Assembly (NCBI RefSeq): GCF_000315625.1
Contig: NW_005434646.1
Span: forward strand, 270,171 to 334,170
Length of the DNA: 64,000 bases
Direction of reading: 5' to 3'
Origin: Guillardia theta CCMP2712
Lineage: Eukaryota > Protista > Cryptophyta
The translations under genes were made by a program, and so were the position numbers. Within the stretch, counting starts at the first letter, position 1; each line of letters starts with the position of its first letter. The notes under the pieces were generated by a model, which was given only the letters and a program-made list of their open reading frames with translations, searched no databases and had not been told where the DNA came from. Shown here piece after piece: positions 38,459-52,571 of the stretch.

Positions 38459-38639
38459 TCCTCATCCTCCTCTTCCTCCTCCTCCTCCTCCTCCTCCTTG
38501 CTTCGTCCTCTACCTCCTCCTCCTCCTCCTCTTCTTCATCGTCCTCCTCTTCGCTTCGCCTCTACCTCCTCCTCCTCCTCCTCCTCCTCCTCCTCCTCCT
38601 GCTTCGCCTCTTCGCCTCTTCGCCTCCTCCTCCTCCGCA

Positions 38640-41600
38640 CCTCGATCTGGTACTCGGCCGAGAATCCGGGAGGTGATTAGACTGGAGGTGGAAAAGAACT
38701 CCTTCCCTTCCCGTCGACGCTGGACGATCTTCCCACCGAACTTGAGAGATAACTGGAAAATATCCTCACCAATTTGAAGTTTCGAGCGACAAATTCACCT
38801 CCCGCTGTTCGAGGATGATTCATCAGCCCTGTTCTCAGTGCTGCCGTTTTTTCCCTTCATGCAGCAATCATGGAGGGGAGAGGAGGGGAGGGGAGAGGAG
38901 AGGAGAGGAGAGGAGGAAATAGGAAAGGGATAGAAGAAGAACAGGAGAGGGGGAGGAGCTGGGGAAAGAGGAAGGAAAGGAAGGAGGGAGGAGGGAGGAG
39001 GGAGAAGGGAGAAGGAGGGAGGAGAGGGGAATGAAGTCAAACACCTTTGAGGAGCTGTCCATGTCTTGATAGTGTACTGCGATGAGGTGTCCTTGAAGCT
39101 CGCCGTGTGGAAGAAGAGGGGGTTGGCGTAGTGAGTCTCTGACTGCCCCACAGAGCATCTCTCGAGCGCCCCGAGCACCTTGGCCGCATCCTCTTGGTTC
39201 CCCGCTACCATGCAGAGCAGCTTCGAGGAGAGCTGCTGGTTGTCTCCGTCAACGACCCTGTCGATCACTTCGAGGACCTTGTCCCGTATCATCTCCTCCG
39301 GGTCGTCGAGCATTTCCAGCAGCATGTCGACCACCGCAGCATCGTTGCGCAGGGAGACGCGGGAGAGAGCATCCACCGATGCCAGCCTGACGCTGACGGC
39401 AGCGTCTCGGCACCCTGACAGCAGCGCCCCGATTGATCGCGAGCTCCCCCGGTCGGCAAGGAGGGAGAGGGAGCGAGCAGCGGCGCATCTAACGCCCTCG
39501 TCGCGATCGTTGAGCGAGTGCTGTAGGATGGAGCAAGTGACGTTGTCGTCGCGGTCGGAAAACTCCGTCAGCGCGTGCAGGGCGGCGATGCGAACCTGGG
39601 GAAGCACAAGGATGAAAGTCAGACGAGATAGAAGGGAGGAAGGAATGAAGGGTAAGACACGGATAGGAGGAGGAGGAGGAGGAGGAGGAGGAGGATTGAT
39701 AGTAGGGAGAGGATGGAGGGCCAGGGAAGGAGAGGAGGAAGAGGAGGAGAATCAGAGGAAGCATACCTCTGTAGACTCATGGTGGCATCCTTCCTCTATC
39801 ATCTTCAGCCTCTTCCCATCCCCCTTCCCCAGCAATCTCTTCAGCAGACTCATCGCTATCTCCCTCACCGCAAAGTCCTGATCCGACAGCAGACCAACCA
39901 GCTGCTCCACCGCAAAGTCGTCCTGCCCCGAGCAGTTCGCCAGCAAGACATCTGCTGCTACCTGCCTCGCCCGAGCGTTCCTTGCTATCACCTCGCACAT
40001 GGCTGCTGTCAAGTCCCTGTTCCCCCTTGACACGCAAGCTGTCACTGACCCTCCTCCCACCAGCTCCACCCCGAGCCTCTGGACTTCTGGCTCCATGTGC
40101 TCTACACAGTCAACGATCGCGTCCAGAAGCAGCGGGTCGTCCTGATCACACAGTCGTTCCACCAGAGTCTGAGCTGCCAGCCACCTGATGTCTCGGTTGT
40201 ACTCCTCCAGCCTCCTGATCAGTCCCTCCACCACCAGCGAGTGCCGCACGAAGTTGCCGAAGGAACGAGCTCGGGCCGCGTGCCGCCTCTGCTGCTCCTG
40301 CGCCCCATCTCCTCCTGCTTCCTCCTCCCTCTCCAGCCTCTCTGCCTCTTCCCTCACTTCCTTCGAGCTCATCGCCACCCTGGCCAGCACCTGGATGGCC
40401 TGCAGCCGGACCTCTGCTGCCGTTACTCCTCTCCTCGCCCGGCAGCTGGCAGCAGGAAGTCTGTCCAACGCGTTCAGCTGGGCTCGCAGGCTCACCGGCC
40501 CTCGAGACTGCATCCAATCCTCCCCCAACCCCAAGTGCGGCTGGGATGCGTCCCGAGCATGCGACGTGTGCTCTCTGAGCAGCCTTTCCCAGCTGACCTC
40601 CAGCAGGGAGAGCATCCTCCTCGTCACCTCCTCGTCCCCTTTCCGAGCCACTTGAGCCAGGAGCTCCAGAGCAGAAAGGATCACGTCCCTCTCTTCCGTG
40701 ACCCAGTTGGAGTTGCAGCTGGGGTTACCGCCATGTCCTGTTCCTGATCCTCGTCCCTCATCTCCTCCTCTCTCCCCACGTGGCTTCCAGTCGACGTAAG
40801 CGAGCGCATGTGAGATGATCTGATGGTAGAGCCTGTTGTCTTCGTCTTTGCTCTCCTGCAGGAGCTGTGCAACGGTCTTGACGGTGCAGCCTCTGTGATG
40901 CGATGAGGTAAGGAGGGGAGGAGACGAGGAGGAGGGGGAGGGAGAAAGTGAGGAAGGAGGGGAGGGGGAGGGGGAGGGAGAGAGTAGAATGAAACGATCA
41001 GAAGGGATGATAGGAGGAGGAGGGAGATGGGAAGGATATTCTCAGATTACCTGACCGTCGCGTCTGGATCTGTCAGCATGTCGCACAAGAGCCGAAACGC
41101 GCGAGCAACGTCGTGATATGCGATCGAAGACACCATCTTCATCGCTTTCATCTTCACATGTACCGATTGATCGCTCAGCAGCCCTGCGATCTTGTCCATC
41201 ACCGTAGCATCCTCCCCCTTGCACACCGACGGCAGCGTCTGCATGGCGGCTTGCCGGATTTGGCCGTCACGGTCGTCCAGGCCGTTGACAACGGACCGAA
41301 CTACCTCCTCGTCCCCTCTACCCTCCCCCTTGTTCCATTCGCTCTCCTCCACCATGACCTCAAGGTTACCGAAGAAGTCCACCCGACAGGGCACCGGCCT
41401 CCTGCCGACTTCCGCCAGGCTCTCTACAGCCACCTTCCTCCTGTCGGGGTTCGGGTTCGAGCACTGGAGGAGGTGCTGGGAAACTCGAGCTCTCCTCCTC
41501 TCGCACTCCCTCCTGACTTTGAGCAGGCGAAGGTCGAACTTGTTGAGGATCAAAGATTTCGGCTTCTGCCTTCCCGTGCTCTCGTCGAGTCCATCCTCCC

Positions 41601-42287
41601 CCGCCTCCTTCAGGCGGCTCTTCGCCTCCTCCATCCTCTCCCTAGCTCGCACGAAATTCTCCTCTCCCCACGGCATCCCGAGCCGAGCAGCCTCCTGGAC
41701 CTCTCGCTCGGCCTCCTCCAGCCTTGCGTGCCATTCCTTCAACTTCTCGTTCTTGACCACCAGAGCCGCCAGAGTCTCCCGCACTTGCTGTACACTTGAC
41801 AGCTTGTCCTTGGCTCCTGCCTGCTGGTACGTGCTCTCTGCCGCATCGAGAGACTTCCCACCCTCTTCCAGTCTCTGCATGATCCTCTCATGCAGCGGCA
41901 GCGTCCACTGTCCCGGCAGGTAGGGGACAGTGTCCATCATCCGCATCTCCATGCACTCCTGCACCATCGCGTTCGCCCTGGCAAGCTCCTCATCTCCCTT
42001 GCTGCGTAGTTCAACCCGGCGCATGTGCAGATCGGCGAAGTTCTGTTCATCCTTGTTTTTTGCCTCCTCCCTCTCCAGCTTCCTGCCTATCCTCGCTCCC
42101 ACATCAACATACCTTACTCGCTCCTTGGAGCTCATCCCCCCAAGCTCACACCCGACCCTGCTCCCCTTTCTCAGCGATCAACCACTGGTACAGTTCTCCT
42201 CTTGTCTCCCTCCTCCTCCTCCTCCTCCTCCTGCTTCTGGTGCGCCTCTTGCTGTGCCTCCTGCTGCTGCTGCTGCTGCTCCTCCTC

Positions 42288-42322
<35 letters not shown>

Positions 42323-42450
42323 CTACCCCCTCCCGCATCGCCAACAATTCTGAACGTCATCCCAGCATTGCTTGCAGGATCCAAGGGCACCAGGAAGATG
42401 GATGACCAGAAGTACCGAACTTGTAGCTTTGATCGACTTTCATTCAACAT
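38640..42450 (-). CDS. HEAT-repeat protein
   Basis: Repeated LxDxDxxVRxxA motifs (GLDDRDGQIRQAAMQTL, LSDQDFAVREIA, LNDRDEGVRCAAARSL, LDDPEEMIRDKV) across ORFs 41047-42135, 39752-40684 and 38795-39607. Ends approximate. Confidence 0.75.
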
Positions 42451-42514
42451 AGAAATCTTCTCACCTTCTCTCGTTCTTCACCATTCCTTGTCGACGAAGA
42501 GAGGAGGAACATAA

Positions 42515-45500
42515 TTAGACGAGTGTATGTGCGTTTGCGATGGGAGAATGGGGAATTGAAGGAAGAGCTTGAAAGGAAAGTTGTATTTGACTGATTTCGC
42601 ATCTATGATCATACGTTGCGGATTTGAGGGCATTAGTTCGCGTTGTTGGACCTCGATCTCCGTTTCTGCGGCAGCTGAGGTCGAATCCTTGAGTTGACGC
42701 CTCAAACGGAGGGAACAGGCTCACCTGATCCTCAAGGTAGTTCACGAGCTCCTCGGAGCAGCTCGGATTTGACCTGGCCACGTCTGCCGCCGTCTGCAAT
42801 GTGCCAGCCCATTACCCATCCCTCAGGCAAGGAAGGAATCTTTACCTGATTCTTTGCATTCTTTGCTTCAGGGTCTTGGAAGCGAAGTCCTCTCTTGATC
42901 ACAGCCTGACTTGCGGGTCATGTTGTGAGACTGGCCTTGTTAGGTTCACCTTGCACAACTTGATTGAGCCGCATTCAGCTGCTATGTGCAGCGCTGTCCA
43001 CTTTCCTCCTCGCCCTTCCGCAGCCTGCAAGGAGGAGGATGAGATGGTTGATGGATGGGAAGAGTTCGACACCTTAGCAACTAGATTTAAGTCGAGCCCG
43101 TTGTCGGTCAGTTGATCGATCATGTTGAGGTTCTGTATTCATTTGCATTAGTCAGCTGGCAGGTTCCACTTGGTTGTCTTGGAACCTTGCGGCGAAGAGC
43201 ACATTCAAAGCATGACATTCCTGTTAGAATGTAAGATGTCAAAATCGTTGGTTGTCTTCATGACTCTTCTTCCCACCTGATCCCGAAGCTGCATTGACGT
43301 TTGCTTTATGTTCTATCAACAGGTTGACAAGCTGAAAACAAAAACTCACAAAAACAGATGTTTGCATACAGAGCATTATGGAGTCTTTCTTTGTTCTCTC
43401 ATCCACTGACCTCTGGTGTTCCATGCAAACAAGCTTCATGCAGTGCTGTCTTGCCTTCACTGCAAACTTCGCGAACCTTGGAATCGTTCAATCATTTCAG
43501 GAAAGAGCTCAAGGAGGCAAAACCTGCGCCTTTGCACGCAACAGACTTTTAGCACTGCTGATGTCCCCGGATCGCGCGGCGATATGCAAGGGATTCTCTC
43601 CTTGTACCCCCTGGTCAGCGCACAAATGAAGAATCGCAGGGTTGGTTCTTGTACCTTTTGAGTTGACCGCTCGAATATTGGCTCCATTCTTAACCAGAAG
43701 TTTCAGAGCATCGCTGCTACTGCTCGACGCGGCTGCATGGAGAGCAGAATCTCCTTTCTGATTGCACGTGTTGACATTTGCACCATTTTTCAGAAGGAAT
43801 TCGATAGCCTGACAAGAATGTCATGTCGGCATATCACAGGGGGTTGGCGCAAGAATCTTAGGTAAAGGATGAACAAGACAACAAAGGATCGCTCCAACTT
43901 CGATGACAGTTTTGATATCTATCAAATCATTTTGATATGCATACCTCAGGGGTTCCATGTGTGCAAGCATCCATCAGCATCTGATCGGCCATCGTCTGCT
44001 TCTTTTGCTTCACTTCCGTCACTCGTGCGTTCACCGATTCCACGAGTTGAAGCAGCGCGTCAGATCGAACGATGGGGATCCCCAGCTCCTTTGCCGCTTT
44101 CTCAGCATCAGGAAGGACTGGCGCCTCATATGCAAGGATGCAAGCATAGGCCTCATTGAAAGAGGAGAACGGGTTCCCGGAGACCCAACGGCCAAGTTTC
44201 GCATACTCCTTGTCGCAAGCCTTTGCATTCTCCTTCTCTCTCTCGAGGATAATGCTGGTCTTCTTCACGTTGTACTTGCTCACCGGCCCGATGCCGACGC
44301 CGGAAACAGGGATGGGATGGTTGTTAGCTCCGTCAAGGAAGTCGAAGAGGGCCTCTAGTGAGCCAAATGACATGGCCTGAATATGAACTCCGTCGCCACC
44401 CCTCCTGAACTTTGAGATGAAGGGGTCGAGGTCTTTCATCACTTTCTCCTTCAGAGCTGTTTCCTCACGCTCATCATTGATAATGTAGAGTCTCGACCCC
44501 GCAGCTGCCCTCTCTATGCCATTGGCGCAGATCTTGACGCTGATCGTACCCTTTACCTCCGCATTCTGAGCGTAATTCAACTTGCTCCTGGAATCCCGAG
44601 GGGCTATGGTTGTGAGGAGAGACCGTACATGAGTGATGATTGGACCGTCCAGACCCCCGACTAAAATCTTCTGCTTCTCCTTCAACCTGCCGTTCACAAC
44701 AATGGCATCCAAAACCGTCCTTGAGCCATCGATCGTCCTGACATCGAGGACCTTGCACTCAACTTCATCCTGATACTTGATTTTGTTGATCAGCATCTTT
44801 TCACTGAGTGAAAAAAGGAGGTAGAGCAGGTCGACGATGCCATCCCCACTCAATCCTGATGTCGGCACAACATTCACAACAGTTCGATTGTTTCTGTTCT
44901 CGAAGAAAACGCTGGCATTCAGTCCCTGCTTTGGCGTCAGCAAATTGAACGAGAATCAAATCAATGGGAGTGGATCAGATTGGAATGTAATCATTCAGGT
45001 TGAATTCCATCACCTGCTCTTGCAGTTGTAAGATGGTAGACTCGAAAAGCTTCTGATATTCTATTTTGACCGCCTCCGACTGCATTTCAATGGTCTCCTT
45101 GACTGTCATGGATGGATGTGATTCCCAGCCGTACAGCCGATCGATCTTGTTGAGAGCAACGAGGAAAGGAATCCTGTGCTTCCGCAGCAACTTTATACTT
45201 TCAATGGTCTCACTCTCCAACCCGTGCATGATGTCAACTACAACCACCTGCGAGCTAGAGTGAATACAGTATGTTCGGAGCACTCATGAATCTAGTTGGC
45301 ACAACAAGGGAAAACAGAAACAGCGGATGATGATGATGATGAGGTTTTTCACCGCCAGATCACAATATGATGCTCCTCTTGCTCGTAAATTGGAAAAATT
45401 TTTGTGACCCGGAGTATCTATGAGAAGCAGGCCAGGAATATTACAATCGACCTGCAAGATTGGAAGTCAGGGCATTGTATCTTTGTGCCGTATCTCTCAA

Positions 45501-46562
45501 TTGCACAGCAGTGTCATTGTGTGGGTTTACTTGCGTTTCTTTCCAAATCGTTTGAAGTCTTTCTTGCAATGTTCTTTTTGAAAGGAAGCCAGTACTTATC
45601 TGACAACCAACGTTATGATCAAGAATCAGAAAGTCAGGGTTCTAGACTGCACCTGTTGATGGTTTCCAGGCATTTCAAAATCTTGTTCATCTTCGCGACT
45701 AATCCTGTTGAACATCTTTGTTTTTCCTGCGACAAAGTTGTTAGAATTGGGATTTGCGATTGTTTTTGAGCAGCGACAGAAATCAAGGGCATCAGAGTTA
45801 AAAAGCTCGAAACAACAATTCAGCACTGAGCTTCAGATAAGTTGTTGCATGTTGAAAACATCATTCGCCCTTTCAGCACAGATGAAAAGTAATTCCAGCA
45901 TTAATTACCTGTATGAAGATGACCAAGAATACAGACGATGGGAGATCGGAGAGGCGTGTTGGCATTCGCCTGACCATTGTTCCCTGGGGCTGCATTTTCA
46001 TGCACTTGTTCACTTTCGCAAGAGTGATTTTGTTGGGGCCCTCCCTGAAACATGTAAGAGTCATGATAGGATGACTCAGCCATAGCTCTCTTACATCTTG
46101 GCTTGACTTTTCAATACGGTTGCAACTATCCTTGGCTGCAGGGACTGTTTTCAACCTTGCAGCTTCCTCTTCCTGCTTCTTTCTTTCCCTTTCTTCTTGC
46201 ATCGCACGATTTCTTTCCTTTCGTTGTTTCTCTTGTTGCAGGATTTCATTCTTCGAAAGCTTCTTGTGATGATTGGTGGACTCAATTTCCTGGCCACCCA
46301 ATCCCACCATGTCCTCTGCGCCGGGAGTCTCCACCGCACCGTTCCCCCCAACGGCCCCTTGCTTCGCCAGCATATTTCGGAATGCTTCATCTTTCTCTTG
46401 TCTTTGTCTTTGTCTCTGCTTCTTCTTTGCTTTTTGCTTCTGTGCCTCTCCGACAGGTTCAGCACCCTTAGCATCGTGTTCCTTCCCACCACAAGAATCG
46501 GACAAGTCGCCATCGGAAAGAGAGCCACAGGTAGCTCTAGATGAGTCTTCGCCCTTACTCAT
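42515..46562 (-). CDS. Divergent eIF5B/IF2-like GTPase fused to C-terminal ankyrin repeats
   Basis: [81 protein letters not shown], then eIF5B domains II-III. An in-phase splice (43944/43809) joins ankyrin exons ([34 protein letters not shown]). Confidence 0.8.
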
Positions 46563-47426
46563 GGCAGCTTGGAATTCTCGTTCTCTGCCTCAAACGAGTA
46601 GACTAACCCAGAAAATATGTCAGCTATAGGCAACAGATTCAAGTTTGTATGTCAACTACCTCCTCCTCATTACCCTGAGGATCACACCTTTGATTTTCCA
46701 AAACATCTCAGTTTTAGCCGACAATCTTTCTTGAATTGAGAGCAAGGGTTTCTCAAGCAGACGACTATCGTTCTATACTCTAGTGGAATTCCTTGTGCGA
46801 TTTCTAGCAACCTCGTTGCCTCTGTTGTTGCCTCATTTTCTTTCTACTCGGTTGTAGATGTCTCGGTTGCCCACGTACTACTGCTCTGGCCCCTTCTCCT
46901 GCTCCTGCTCCTGCTCCTCTCCTTGCCATTCAACCTCTCCCCGCCCCCGCCCCCGCCCCCGCCCTTGGCTCTCTACACTTCGCCCCCATTGTTCCCCGCC
47001 TGCATAATTTTTCAGGGCTCTAACAGGCGCATCGTAAAATTTACTTAATCCTTAATTCTAATCTAGTTTTAAAACTAGAGGACAAAACACGTTACAAGTA
47101 CCCAAAAATAGTAGTTTCGAAGGACTAAATACTTAATAAGATTAAAATATAATAAAGTAGGGGCCATCCTTGGTACTAAAAGTTTAATCTATCCTTGGTA
47201 CATACGACGTTTTATAATAATGTATATATTAAAATTTAAGCCTCTATGGGGACGATCCGCATAGGGGAGGGTACGATGTCGTGGAGGGAGAGGAGAACAC
47301 GAGCTCATGCCGTGAAGATGCAGGGAGAGAGGAAGCTCGTAGAGGGTTGAGGATCGAAGATGTCCAGATTCTGGATAGCTAGCAGAGGACTTGGCAATGA
47401 ACGGCAGAATGACTTGAGCTGGCAGG

Positions 47427-50415
47427 ATGATTTCAGACAGTGGTGGCTGTCGCAATCTTGTTATTTTTTATTTTCTTGGTCTTCTGTCGCTGCTTCAGGT
47501 ACTCCAATGTCCCATGTTGAATGATCTTACTTCCCCCAGGGTGGACAGGTGCGGACTGGCTCTTATTCTGCAGTAATAGGATTCCACGGTCGAATTCGTC
47601 CTCCAACAACCCATAGCTCCGCTTTGCGACAAAGGCTTCGAGGAGGAGGAGAGAAGGAGCTAGCAGGCAAGGTGCTCTTTGATCCCAAGACACGCATCTT
47701 CCGCCTCTATTCTCGTTCTGCATTGTACGCTTTCCGGACCGACGACTCGGGAGATCTCGAGCATCTGTACTGGGGGAGCTTCGTTCCTCCCAATGACGAC
47801 TTGAGGTACCTGGCGCTCTCAAACGTCCAGCTGTGCTTCGATCCTGGTCCCTTCAACGCTTACGACACCGAAGTGTCGGATCAGGATGCGGCCAAGCACA
47901 TCAGAGGAACTTCCTTCTCGGAGCACTTCACCCGTACTCCTTCCTTCTCTGACCGACTCTCCACGGACAGCGAGTGGGTTCACTCGATCCCGAGCGTCGG
48001 GAGGAACACAAAGCTGCTGGAGTATGCGGACCTGGGAACTGGCGACTATCGTCCACAGAGCTTCTCGGTGGTGTACGATGATGGCGGGAACATCTGTCCC
48101 CTGACCTACGTGTCCCACGAGATTATCCCCGGCAAACTTCCCATGGAGAGTGCCAAGGGTAAGTCCCTCTGGAGCTCAGAGAATGTCACTCTCCTCCCCG
48201 AGCTGAGAGGAGGGAACACCAAAGATCAGTGCACGACCCTCGTGGTCAAGATGGAGGACAGGCTGACGAAGCTGGAGTTCCACCTGATCTACACGGTCTA
48301 CAAGGAAGTGAATGCGATTTCCAGGAGGGTGATAGTGAAGAACCCGAGCGTTCGTCCCAGTGGGAACTTTGTGTGCAAGGGAGGCTGCATCATGAGCTCT
48401 GGAGCTGTCCGCCTCGAGAAGCTGATGAGCGCTACCGTTGACTTCCACACCATGAGCGGTTGGAACTTCATAACGCTCAGTGGGAGCTGGGCCAACGAGA
48501 GGCATATGAAGCTGCAAAAGCTCATCCAGGGGAAGTTCGTCGTGGAGAGCCTGCGGGGAGCCAGCAGTCACCAGCACAACCCCTTCTGCGCGGTGACCAC
48601 GACCCCGGAGTCACTCGTGGAGACCGTCGGGGAGGTGTGGGCGTTCTCCTTCATCTACTCGGGGAACTTCAAGATCGAGGCAGACGTGTCGGAGACTGGA
48701 AGAGCGCGAGTCAACGCAGGGATCAACCCCAGCACCTTCTCCTGGCACCTTCCTCCCGGCGACTCGTTCGAAAGCCCCGAGTGCGTCATGATCTACAGCA
48801 ACAGCGGACTAGAAGGGATGAGCCACTCGTTCCATGACCTGTACAGGAAGTATCTGATACCCGAGCGGTTCTTCGGGACTGTTCCTCCGGTCCTGCTCAA
48901 CACCTGGGAGGCGATGTACTTCAACGTGAACCACGAAAAAGTGGTCGAGCTCGCCCGGGCAGCCAGCGAGCTAGGAGTTGAGATGATCGTGCTAGACGAC
49001 GGATGGTTCGGCGAGCGAGAAGACGCCACGTCCTCCTTGGGGGACTGGTTCGAGGATAGGAGGAAGTTCCCCGGAGGATTGCCTGCCCTTGTCAAGGACG
49101 TCAACGCCCTCGGGCTCAAGTTCGGCATCTGGGTGGAGCCGGAGATGGTGAACGTGAAGAGCAAGCTCTACAAGGAGCATCCCTCGTGGACTCTGAACCA
49201 GCACGGGAGGAAGAGCCGCTGTGAGGGTCGCAACCAGCTCGTCCTTGACTTCACGTGCGAGGATGTGTGCTCTTATGTCATCAGCAAGCTGGGAGAGCTC
49301 CTGTCTGGCTCCAACATCGAGTACATGAAGTGGGACATGAACCGCCACCTGACGGAGGTCTACGGCAACACGAGGGCCCCGGACAAGCAGGGGGAAGTCT
49401 TTCACCGGTACATGATCGGAGTGTACAAGGTCCTCAAGTACCTCAACGAGAAGTTCCCGCATGTGAGGATAGAGACGTGCTCTGGGGGGGGAGGAAGGTT
49501 TGATCCCGGCATGCTCTTCTTTAGCCCTCAGATCTGGGCTAGCGACAACACAGACGTTTTCAGCAGGATGGCGATTCAGCATGGCACCAGCCTCGTCTAT
49601 CCCCTCCAGAGCATCGGATCGCACATGACTGCGGTCCCTAATCATCAGACGCAGAGGCTTTCTACCCTCAAAGCAAGATTCCTCGTTTCAACCTTCGGTA
49701 CTTTCGGTCTAGAGCTGGACGTCAGGACGCTTAGGTCAGCCCCCCCTTGTCATTACTTCCTTCCTGCTGGGTCTGCCTTGCCTGGTTCTTTGCGCTTACT
49801 TTGCTCCCTCCCTCCCGTTGGTCCTCCTGACTACACCGCGTCTCCAGTCACTCCCTTCTCCACTATCCCTCTCCTCTCCTCTTCTCTCCTCGCTTGTCAA
49901 AGCTCCCTTCTCACTGACTCTTCCCTTTCAGCGAGAGCGACAAGTACGAGCTATCTCGCTACATCGCCAAGTACAAGGAGCTCGCTCCCGTCATCCTTTC
50001 AGGGCGCTTCTACCGCCTCTGGTCTCCATGCAGGATGCGAGACCAGCAGGCGTACGCCTGGATGTGCACGAGCGGCGGGAGCGCGGAGCATGGGATCTCT
50101 GCGGTGGTTGCTGTGTTCCTCACAAAGATGGAGCCAGGGCACCACCTTCCTCGGCTGCGGCTGCGGGGGCTGGAGGAGGACGAGAACTACGTCATAGAGG
50201 AGATCTTTCCCAACAGGGCCAAGAGAAATCCCAGCACGGGGCAGATCGAGCTGACCGGCGGGGCTCCGCAGTGGCAGCTGGGCAATCAAAAAGTTCACAT
50301 GTCAGGAGCGACCCTTATGTCCATCGGCCTCCCTATCCGCCTCTCCTTCGATGGAGACTGCTGTGCGTTCGTCCTCACTCGGGCAAGAGGAGTTTCGGGA
50401 TCGAGGCAAGTGTAG
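47427..50415 (+). CDS. Alpha-galactosidase, GH36 family, with signal peptide and RLRGG leader
   Basis: SSHQHNPF, LNTWEAMYF, VLDDGWFG, FGIWVEPEMV, YMKWDMNR (nucleophile), CSGGGGRFDPG, QIWASDNTD. First exon MISDSGGCRNLVIFYFLGLLSLLQ is joined by intron 47499-47548. Confidence 0.95.
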
Positions 50416-50588
50416 GGTTGTTGGAGTTGTTGCCTGCGAGAATCCATGATTGCTCCTATTCCCCTTTTCCTCCGTGAGGGGTGAGCTTTGCGTCTTGAAG
50501 CTAGTCTTTCATTGTGAATGGATATAAACAACTACGTACTTCGTGCGAGACTTCACATGACAGAGGTGAACTGCTAGATTCACTTCAC

Positions 50589-52222
50589 TCACGCTCTCGT
50601 TCCAAAGCTCCGCCAATCGGAGTGATTGATGGTTGTAAAATCAGGAACCGACAGAGCAATGTGAATCAAATATCTGCACTACGGCGGTCAAAGCTTTCAG
50701 TCTCCCAACAGACAGCTGCTGTACCTCTGAAGAACTTGCAGCTCCGTGTCTTCGACGTTGGGATCGGCAGAGGTCTTTTCAAATCTGAGAGACAACACGC
50801 AATCAGACGGTCAAAATCACCACCAGCACAGTCAGGCTCACTTGCTAATCTTCAATCCTTGATTTGGGTTCAGAGCAAAATTTCGACTGATGCAAGCATT
50901 CAGAATCTCTTCTCACAGATTGAGAGCAAGGGACATGTTACCTCAAATCATCTACATGAACCGTGTTTCTCGCGCTGTAGTACTCGGGGAATTTCTGCCA
51001 GATGATTTCTAACGCCTTGACTTGATGCTCCCACAATTTCCCATCTTTCCCTTTTCTTCTCTTGGAGCGAACAGTGAACATCGCCGAATGGTCGAGAACA
51101 AAAGAGATGAAGAAGTCCGTGCTCTTGAGATCAACCATCACAATCAGAATACAAGATTCGATCGATACCGTGAAAATGTCCAGCTCAATCAGCTTGATTT
51201 CAAGCCATTTCCAGGATGTCTGTTCGAACGCGTCAATGCAAGCAATCATTGGTCGTCGATGGAAGACCTGGGACCAAACCACAATATCATAGAAGGGATA
51301 TACAGCCTTGAGAAACTCGAAGCAGAAAGGTCGTTTGTATGTTCTCCTGGGGACAACATTATCAGCTGGCTTGATGGTTGTTTGCAGCTACTTGTTCTTG
51401 AAGTGCAGAAGGGTATGGTCCAGATCAAGCACGAGAAGTTTCTTATCCCTTCTTGGTTGGTTGATAACGCTGTAACGTCATCAGGACAGACAAATTCAAA
51501 CTTTGTCTTGTACCTGATATCCACATTCTTAATCGTATCCTGCAGTTTTTGCCTATTTTCAACATCTGCAATCATTTCCTCGTATTCGCTCGGATCATAA
51601 TTCCAGTCCAGATCGTTCACAACAAGTGGCATGGCATCTATTTGAGACTGATCCAGCATAACGTCTTCATCCGCACATCCAACCTGGATCGCATATCAGA
51701 ATCTAGTATTCCAGCAATCTTCAAGATACCATCATGAACGAATGTGGATTCTTCAACTGCAGAGATTCTAATGTCACATCGTCTTCTAAGTTCGATTTTT
51801 TCCCCAATCCAATGATCTTTTGTCGTTTTGGTTGTACACAAGTCAGCATTTGAAGCATTTTTCTCACTTGCCCAACAGTGTATTCCTGAATTCAGTCAGT
51901 TTCTCTGATCCCTGAGAAAGAGATATACCTTATGCACGTCAAGGTCATATTTCTTTCCATTCCACTTTGCGATAAGCTTGTATCCTTGCTCATCAACCTA
52001 TGAAAGGAAGTTGTCACTTACCCATGCTATTCACATGGAACACGATCTTTTGTTTGCTAGTCAACACCCTCATGTTTGGAAATCCTCCAAATCAAGTGAT
52101 CATGAACTCTTGACAAGCATACATGTCTATTCAATCAAATCATGATCGTTCCATCATTTCGTCCTTTCTCCTCTCGGTCCCTCCTTCTTTCCTCCCTCAA
52201 TTCTTACCTTCGTAGCAGCCAT
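50589..52222 (-). CDS. UBLCP1: Ubiquitin-like domain-containing CTD phosphatase 1
   Basis: N-terminal UBL (LIAKWNGKKYDLDV), KLLVLDLDHTL (DxDxT), YDIVVWS, WKWLEIKL, HQVKALEIIW, NTVHVDDL, NFALNPNQGLKI. Confidence 0.9.
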
Positions 52223-52571
52223 TTTGCTTAGCTACTGCCGCACTGGTGGTACCCACAACCTACCACTCCTCCTAGCTACCACCCCACCCCATCCCACCCT
52301 AGTCCTTCACTTGAACCCACATTGCCTTCTGTCAACATCGACCCCTACCCCATCCCACCCCACCCCTCCCACGAGCCTCATAACTATATATGGGGTAGGG
52401 TATAAAATATGTTTTCATGGGTAGGGTACCCAGATCTGGCCTACAAAGGTTGCTTTCAAACTTCACAATCCACCAAATAGAAACTTTCAAACTTGAGGGT
52501 ATAACCGTCGTAACCGTTCTTTTTTATTCTTTGGTCTGATCTATTTCCGTCCACCTAGAGCCACCGCCGCC

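Noticed and set aside
47030-47240. AT-rich island with an ATCCTTGGTAC direct repeat
   Set aside because: Consistent with an ordinary divergent promoter region; the repeat is too short to call an element.
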